From Eledone cirrhosa (lineage: Eukaryota), in NCBI GenBank assembly GCA_964016885.1, contig OZ024740.1, positions 270,010,001 to 270,074,000 of the forward strand: a DNA stretch of 64,000 nucleotides, read 5' to 3'. Made by a program: the position numbers and the translations under genes. The notes beneath the pieces are model-generated. The model had not been told where the DNA came from and did not search any database. It was given only the letters and a program-made list of their open reading frames with translations. This document shows, one piece after another, positions 56,156 through 64,000 of this stretch. Numbering within the stretch: the stretch's first letter is position 1; each line of letters begins with the position of its first letter.

Positions 56156-59100
56156 CTGAGATATCGTGGGAGCAGATTCCTCCAACAATATTTCCGGTAG
56201 TTCCTGTTATAGCAACAATCTCCAATTGAACCGGCTGTATTCTCAAGCAAGATCAGTTGAGATAGAATGTTAATAAAAGCTTTCGCTTATCCAGGAATAG
56301 TCTAACGGAATATATTTCAAGATGTTGATAGTAATTCATTAAAACTTAGTGTTTGCATTTAATATATGGCACATTTAAAGGAAATGTGCATGCAAGATCA
56401 TATGCTCTAAGTAACAAGGGCCAGCGTGTCTTGCTTCTCTTCGATTATATATTATTTCAGAATATATTTCGTTGAAGCAGATACCTTGACAGCTCTACTG
56501 GTTTAAAAATGTATATCCAAATACCGCGATGCAAATATATTAAATATAGCTATATATGTTAAAGGGGTTAAAATGATAACGACAATCAAGGAGCGATTTC
56601 AACCAGTACCGAGAGGTTCGAGATTAAATATTATACTACGAGGCTCTACTGGGAGAGCCATTCCAACACCTTTTCTTTGGGTGTATTGTTGGTATATGTT
56701 ATCAATTTAAACAAATATTCTTGAAGAGAATTTCAGAAGAGTTAATATACTGATGCATGTATATTAATAATACGAAACGAGGCATCTTCAGCGTGACGGC
56801 ATTTTCAGTTGTTATAATGATATGCTTTTTCCTTCTCTTCGTTTACTTAAGCTATATAAATAGTAAATTTGATAACAAACCGTGATGTGTTAGATTATTA
56901 TTTAATGAAGTGGAAAAATTGGCAGATATATTGAAAAAAAACTATCTCCAGCATTCCAGATCATATTACATATTAAGTTACATATTAAGTCCACAGTGAA
57001 TGGACTGGGTTAACAGAATAATCAATCATATTTCGTCCTTTGTAAGCTCGCAGGTAATGCTCTACAGTATATTAATAAAACGTACATTGTCAACCGCGGA
57101 TAGATGAAATAAAATCACCCCAGGTGAGTGAAATCAGAGGTCCATCACGGAATATATATCATTCCTTCCAACACATCCGTACAATCACACGTAGGCACAC
57201 ATATCGGAACAGACACAAACACCTGCACACATACATAAGCATACAGAGAAGTTTAGAAAGATGGAGAGATAATGTACACAAATAGTTAGAAATATATCTC
57301 ACTTTCTTGGCAGAATTGTGATAATTGATTTGCTATATTGTGTATGATAATAATCAACAAGGTCTTGTATCATAACTTACTTCGAGTTACAAATACAGTG
57401 ATCAATTATCCTCTTAAACTCGCCTCTTGGTTGCCAGAATTACCGAGCATGTGATGCTTTCTATACATTTATAGCGTTACGCTCTACAGAACCTAGTATG
57501 TGTCCATATAGTTAAATAATAGGGCTACATATAACGGTTGTCACTGCAAGTGTTTTAATAACATAGATGCTAAGTTTGCTATAGTGAATAATTTAACGTT
57601 TGTTTCGTACAGATGTTTTTTCAACTAATACAATTATTAATGATTTACAGTGTATTACTTTAATGAATGATATTCCACAATATCAGTTACAACTTTTCAG
57701 TGTGACTCGTTTCGCAATCAACTGGATATCTCTTAGTCTTAATCCTACTGTTGTGTCTTTGTAAACTTTCTTGAAAAAACTAACTCGATCAAGTAGGGAA
57801 TTATTCTGTGTATATAGAATTAAATTATTAATAGAGGCTAGATGGTGGATTAGATTTTGCTAAGTTATTGTATGTCCACGTAGACATTGCTGGGCGTATT
57901 GTAGGACAATTTGATACGATGTGGTGTATTTTTCAAAACGTAAACCTCGCAGCAACACTGATCATCCATTTTGAAGAAACTATGAATATTCCTTTTATGA
58001 CTGGTATATCTAGTAATAGTACATTGCTTCTGTATTATTAAATGTCAGCTCACTCTAAGTATAGTCAGTTCCTATAAAATAGCTTATAAAAATCAGGTAA
58101 AGACCCTTAGAGACAAGAAGATGTTGACAGTGGCCGCTACGAAATATCGAACTCTGTATGTCACAGATACCGGCTTTATACTCTTATCATTGAGCTAAGG
58201 GACCCATGACAACATCATGTTGTCTAAATTAAGGAGGAGGAGTTCTTATTACGAAGTCGGCTGATGGTCTGCCAGAATGCCTTATTTACTTATCTAAATT
58301 CGGATTCCAGTTAAACACCCCCACCCCCACCCAAATCCTACTATATCTTAACTTTATTGACCTTTCTCTACTGCTTGTACAGAAAGTGCAAGGAGAACTT
58401 ATTTCCAAGCCGAACTTTCTAAGCTGCCTTCTTTGCTCGGATACCATATGACCATTTGATTGAATAATTAAATTACAAAATAGTATTCACTATGTTCTCT
58501 ATGGTAAAGTAGATGTTAAACGAATGTGTCGATTTCTGTGTAGATTAGCTTTAATTCTCTAACTTATTTTAAATGTAGCATTAATTGCCACATCATTAAC
58601 TAGAATTTAGTACATAAGAACTAATTTCATGTATATATGAATTACTATGTTTTGAATTGTCTACATACATTATAAAAGTATTTTACAATTATCTTATTTT
58701 CGTACTCCAAGAAGATGCATTAATGAGAATAATTGTCGATTTCAAACAAGTAATTAGCTATTTATCTGCAAGATTCAATTGTTTTATGCATGTCTAAAAT
58801 TACTGTAGAATCGCTTTTGGCCGTTGCAATGGAGGAGTGGGAAAACTTATTGTATAGTCTTTTATTCAATGTAAAAGAACACGTATCGTTTCGTTAGTCC
58901 CTATAATTTTTAAATGCCTTCCTATTTTTTCCTTATTTTTTTGTATTTTTCATTTTCATTTCTTTGGTACTTCAGTTGATTAAATAAATCACTCTCGCCA
59001 GGTATATGGCTACATACTGAATTAGAAATAAGTTCACCATTGAGCAAAATGGAAAAGTTACTAACGATTACATTGTGAGTTCAAATTCTGCTGCTGTCAA

Positions 59101-59296
59101 CTCTGCCTATGCTCTTTCTGCAATCGAAAGTGTAAAGTACCCGTCAAGTGTAGGGGGTCCATTCAAATGACTGTACTCATCACAAAGGTTGGCACCTCGT
59201 GTGTGTGAAGTTATAAGCAAAAACCGTAGGATCTTATTCCTCAATATATCAACTCTACTTCTCATCATTTAATGAATACTACTTTGATTAGTCGTT

Positions 59297-59334
<38 letters not shown>

Positions 59335-59377
59335 TAGATAGATAGATAGATATTTATACATACATATACACATACAT

Positions 59378-59427
<50 letters not shown>

Positions 59428-60879
59428 CTGTTACTTCGAATCTTTACGCTTTGAATTCAATTCTCACCGTGGTGAACATTCTAGTTTCTTCTTTCGGGGT
59501 AGATAAAATAATCACCAATAAAAAACTGATGTCGATATACCTTAAATGTACAAGATTATTCATAAGTTTGAAATCATTATTAGCACTACTCAGTATAGTA
59601 AAATAGGATTTCACGCTTTGTATACGCTATACGCTCTTAAATGACGTTTAATTCCTTATAGTTTATTTAATTTTTTAAGTTCATGCCTTTTTTTATTCTA
59701 AAAGACAATAGAAGTGAATGGATTCGTCTACCTCAATCACTGAATGTTTACAAGTTTGGTTGAATGATTTGAATTTCCTCCGAGATTTAACATTACATTT
59801 TCAAAGAAAAAAAATAGTTGGTAAGTTCATGCTTTTGTTCCTTATTGTTAAAGAGAATGCTAAAGTCAACACTTTTATTATCAAAGAATCTCTTCTCTCT
59901 CGTCCATTTTTCTTTTCTTTTTATTTTTTGGCTCTCTTTTGCATGAATATTTTTCACTTTTCTGACAACTTTAAAGATCCATATAATTCCTTATATACCA
60001 ATGCATTATTCAATCATAGAGAACATGAAACAGGGGAGAGTGAGAAAGAAATATCGATTTTCGCTAGAGTTTAATAAATAGTTTAAATATTTGCTTCGTT
60101 CAATTGGCAAAATCATTTGCACTTCCAAAAATGTGGCTTGAGTGAGTTAGTTGCAAAATTACATCACATTCCGTTTATATTTCAAATATGCCCATGATAA
60201 TATTGTATTTTATCTTTCCGATATCTATTACATAGAGTATCAGTCAGGTACTGTGGTGGATTTCGACTATACCCATGCCTGTAACATCTTATGCATTGCA
60301 CCTGTTGTATACGAGGCTCGGGTGGATAGTTCATATGTTGAGTTTGAAGGTTTGATGTTAGAGCTGTGAAATCTTGCATGCATTAATTTCAACGCTTTTT
60401 ATTAATAACTGCATTTTTTTCTTTCCAGGGACTATGTTGAAAATTAAACATCATTTGGTCAATCCATGAGAGTTTCTTGTTGTTCAGCCTATGAACTTTA
60501 CAGTATGTCAACTTTTCAACTGCCCCTTTTATGTTGAATTTTCACTAAAGACAAAGGAGCAGATTGTAAGATATGAAAAAGTGAGACGCAATAAAACGAA
60601 AGTGAAATACATTACTTCAGGTATTGACAATCATTTGTGATCTTTGTTTCGAATTCAATCAACAGTTTGTTAATATTTAAACTAAAGGCGACGAGGTAGC
60701 AAAGTCGTTAGAACGTTGGTTACAATGATTTATAATGTATTTACGGCTTTCGGTGCTCTAAGTTCAGATTAAACGGAAGTCAATTTTGACTTCCTCCATT
60801 CTGAAGTCGATAATGATAGTAGGGTCGATTTTCTTTCCCCATATCTCTTTCGTTTCCCCCTCTATCTCTTTCGCATTGC

Positions 60880-61345
60880 CCGTTAACATTCCAAAGTCTT
60901 GCCATCTCCACTTTCAATTCGGAGTACTTGGTGATTTTTTCAACCTCTAAGCTTGCAATATTCATAACATTTGACATGGCTATGCCTATGATCTGACAGT
61001 ATTTGTCTTAATCCACTACAAACTGCTTTTCACCCCTATTTTCACAGAGTATTAATAAAACCCAAATCCCAAACCAATATCACTACACTGTTTTAACCAA
61101 AGAATCTATATGGCTTTTAGAGTTCCCAAACAGTTTCAGGTCATCCATAAACAGAAGATGGCTTATGAATGGTCCTTTCTCTTCACATTGATAACCCATT
61201 ATAACTTTCCTAAAAGTGATTGTTATAGATGTATTGGTAACGACAAATAGTAATGGTGAAAATGAAAGATAGCCTTTTTTAATTGTTACCTCTCTAAGGA
61301 ATACATTGCTCGAGTACAACATAGTCTTCCACACAAGCATACTAT
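60880..61345 (-). pseudogene. Old non-LTR retrotransposon relic (RT fragment + restriction-like endonuclease fragment)
   Basis: FSPLLFV, ISHLLFMDDLKLF (RT); EKITKYSELKVEMARLW (RLE-type C-terminus). Confidence 0.6.
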
Positions 61346-62599
61346 TCAGAGGAAAGTTCGTGATGTTGTAGGCCGTCATCTGGTGAGAGACACGACACAC
61401 TATTGAGGTAGGAACTAATGACTACCACTGTTTCCCGTCCACTGTTCACCCTATATATGCGAGTAAAGTATTTCTGAAAAGCTTCGCAGACCTGTTTTGA
61501 ATCGAGTAGCAAACAGCTGTCCTGCTCCGTCAATAACTTAATCGTGGTTTTGTTGCTACGCTCGCTACGAACCTGTCATCTTTCCTATCGAACGTCTTTT
61601 GTCTCAGATCACGTGTTTTTCTCTATCTACTCTGTCGCCATATCTATGACCATAACACCGTGCACTTACTCATGTTCCAGTTGATGTAGCAGACATAGTT
61701 CCACCAAACGGACAGGAATTATTTTAACTGTTTCTTTCGGATTATATGGAAATTTTCCCCTTTTGAGAACAACAAACGTAATTCACTTTCATTCTTGTTC
61801 TTTCCTCAGTGAATCTCTGAGGAAATATGGCACTGTCTCTTTTGATATATATGTCCAACATTGATTATCTATCTAGGGTCGGTCTTTTATCAACTATTTC
61901 TAAAGCATGCCTTGCAACACCAGCAAATTTAACGTTATTAACTTTACTTGTGAAACCAACTATCTACTTGTTTAATTGACATTCATTCTATGTTTTCGCC
62001 ATTTGTTTAATCTGTATTTTCCTCCTCAGATAAAAATGTACTTTTAAAACGAATAAAACGAATGTTTAGTAAATACAAATTGAAAACATGTCCACTCGTT
62101 AGTCTTCTACATAGAGGTAAGCGGACGGACTCTGACATTTTCTGATTTATTCTTCTTAATAAAATGATACAATATTTTTATTTTCCATAGAATTAAATGT
62201 TATGGAGCCGATTTATTTTTGTCTAGGTACGTTCGTCTCGACCACTCGCAATAAAAATAAATTAATAATAATTATTATCATTAATATTATTTCTTTATTT
62301 ACCACAATGATACAAACGTCATTAGTACGGAACAAGAACTAGATAAAACACAGTTTAGGGTGGATATGTGGTCGTGCAAAAGTAAACTTAAACATTGGAT
62401 AACAGAAAATAACAAGAAAGAAAATGTCTCCAATCGAGTGAGTTATCTAGAAGCAACGAAATAACCCGCCGAAACATTGTTCATACTGACAACATAGAAC
62501 AACTATCTCTTCTTAGCTATTTTTATCTCAGCCTACTGATGTATATTCTGAGTAGGTTCACTCAGTCTGGCCAGGATCGCAGTATTCACCCACCTTTCA

Positions 62600-62835
62600 T
62601 TAAACTCCAAACTGTACTTCCTATCCAAGAAAATCTTAAAACAAGTCCATCAGGGTTTGCTCGAAAGAACGTGTCTTCAGTTCTTCCCGCTGTCTCCACC
62701 TCCACCTCCTACGTTCTTTCACCATACTCAGGGAAATTGCCTGCACTTGCTGACCAAAGAAAAAGTGGTGGAAGAATGCCCTCGACCGACCTGGCTGATA
62801 TCCGGATACGCCCCACATGCGACAACTGCTGTTCA
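62600..62835 (+). pseudogene. Possible Ty3/gypsy integrase zinc-binding fragment
   Basis: KKILKQVHQG and DIRIRPTCDNC in different frames; weak. Confidence 0.25.
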
Positions 62836-64000
62836 CTAAAAGTCTACAGATGAACACTGCACAGTTAATGAATAAGTGGGTGTAAAAATGTTTCGTCGTT
62901 TTGTGTGCTTCTAGGATAGCCTCGCTTGTATTACTGGCATGTCAGAGATTATTGAAAATATAAAAGGTTTTCGGCCCCATCAATCAGTTAATATTCGTGG
63001 CGTCCAAATGTGCCCTAAAAAAGTAACACTCTTGTCCCCCAATCGTCCTCTACAGAATGACAACGCGAACCATCCACTGACCACATTACTCGAGTTGTAG
63101 AGAACCTGGCAAAATTCCAGGTGTCTAGGAATTTATGTAGATATGTCACCTTAATGTTGACCTTAGCCATGGAATAATGAGTCCTCTGTGTGTAGAGGAA
63201 GGTGATATCAGATGAATCATGTGACCAGCGGATGTGTCCCATCTAAAGATATGAAAAATAAGATAATCCGTTCACATGGCATCTAGGGAAAAGCACGGGG
63301 CTATGATGGCTATGTATGATGGAAGCAATGCACTTGTTTGCCACCTTTGCCTGATATTTCAGGGAATAGCTTTCATGGTATGATAAACTAATACGTCGTA
63401 CCCTCGTCTCATGTTCTATCCATCTGGAGTTTTGGACGTAACCTGACCACAAGCAACTCAGCAATTCCCTCTATCCAGCTCTTTACAATGCTATCCGATT
63501 GCGTGGATTTTCCTTCAAAAAACGGCAGCTTCACTGATGAATATTTTAATGGTTCAAAGATCATTTGGCCCTAATGGCGAACACGGGTCCCGATTATTAT
63601 GATCGAATACCAAGATGATCAATATCAAAACAATTGTCATATGCAATAAAGTTCATTTATAGTGCAATCTTCACTTCGTTCTTCCTTTTATATATATATA
63701 TATATATAGCATCTTTAATATTACTTTTTCTTGACAGGCTGAATAAGTTGGGGTTCAGAGCCCAACGAAACTTAAGTACCTCCTTATGGCAATGTTGTAA
63801 TTATTTTTAAATAAATATATATATATATGAGGGCAGAGAAAAAAGAATGCTCAATACCGGAGTAGAGTTAAAATATTCATTTTACTAAGGCTAAACAGTG
63901 GGTCTTGTTATTCTGGAGTTTCGCCTGTTTATCACAGGGTAATTGATGGCTATGAATATTTCTGTAATAACGATGTATACCTGTAACTTTAAAAATGAAA

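Overview
AT-rich eukaryotic DNA with no recognisable host gene. The (TA)n/(CA)n microsatellite load and the tRNA-derived SINE type suggest an octopod/cephalopod mollusc (inference). Most ORFs in the track are microsatellite read-through. Real content: two decayed RTE LINEs, a near-intact Penelope-like element (PLE; Naiad-like RT + GIY-YIG) joined head-to-head to a truncated inverted copy, a decayed Neptune-like PLE, several PLE relics and fold-back derivatives, SINEs and a mariner-type MITE, nearly all embedded in (TA)n. The main hidden signal is RNA-level: about 20 hammerhead ribozyme (HHR) motifs read by eye. Seven lie one per unit in a ~422-bp tandem array (48.4-51.4 kb) that fits a non-LTR retrozyme (predicted circular-RNA producer). 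Two more lie in dispersed copies of that unit, and the rest in PLE pseudo-LTRs and palindromic fold-back elements. All structures were paired manually; no search or folding program was run.
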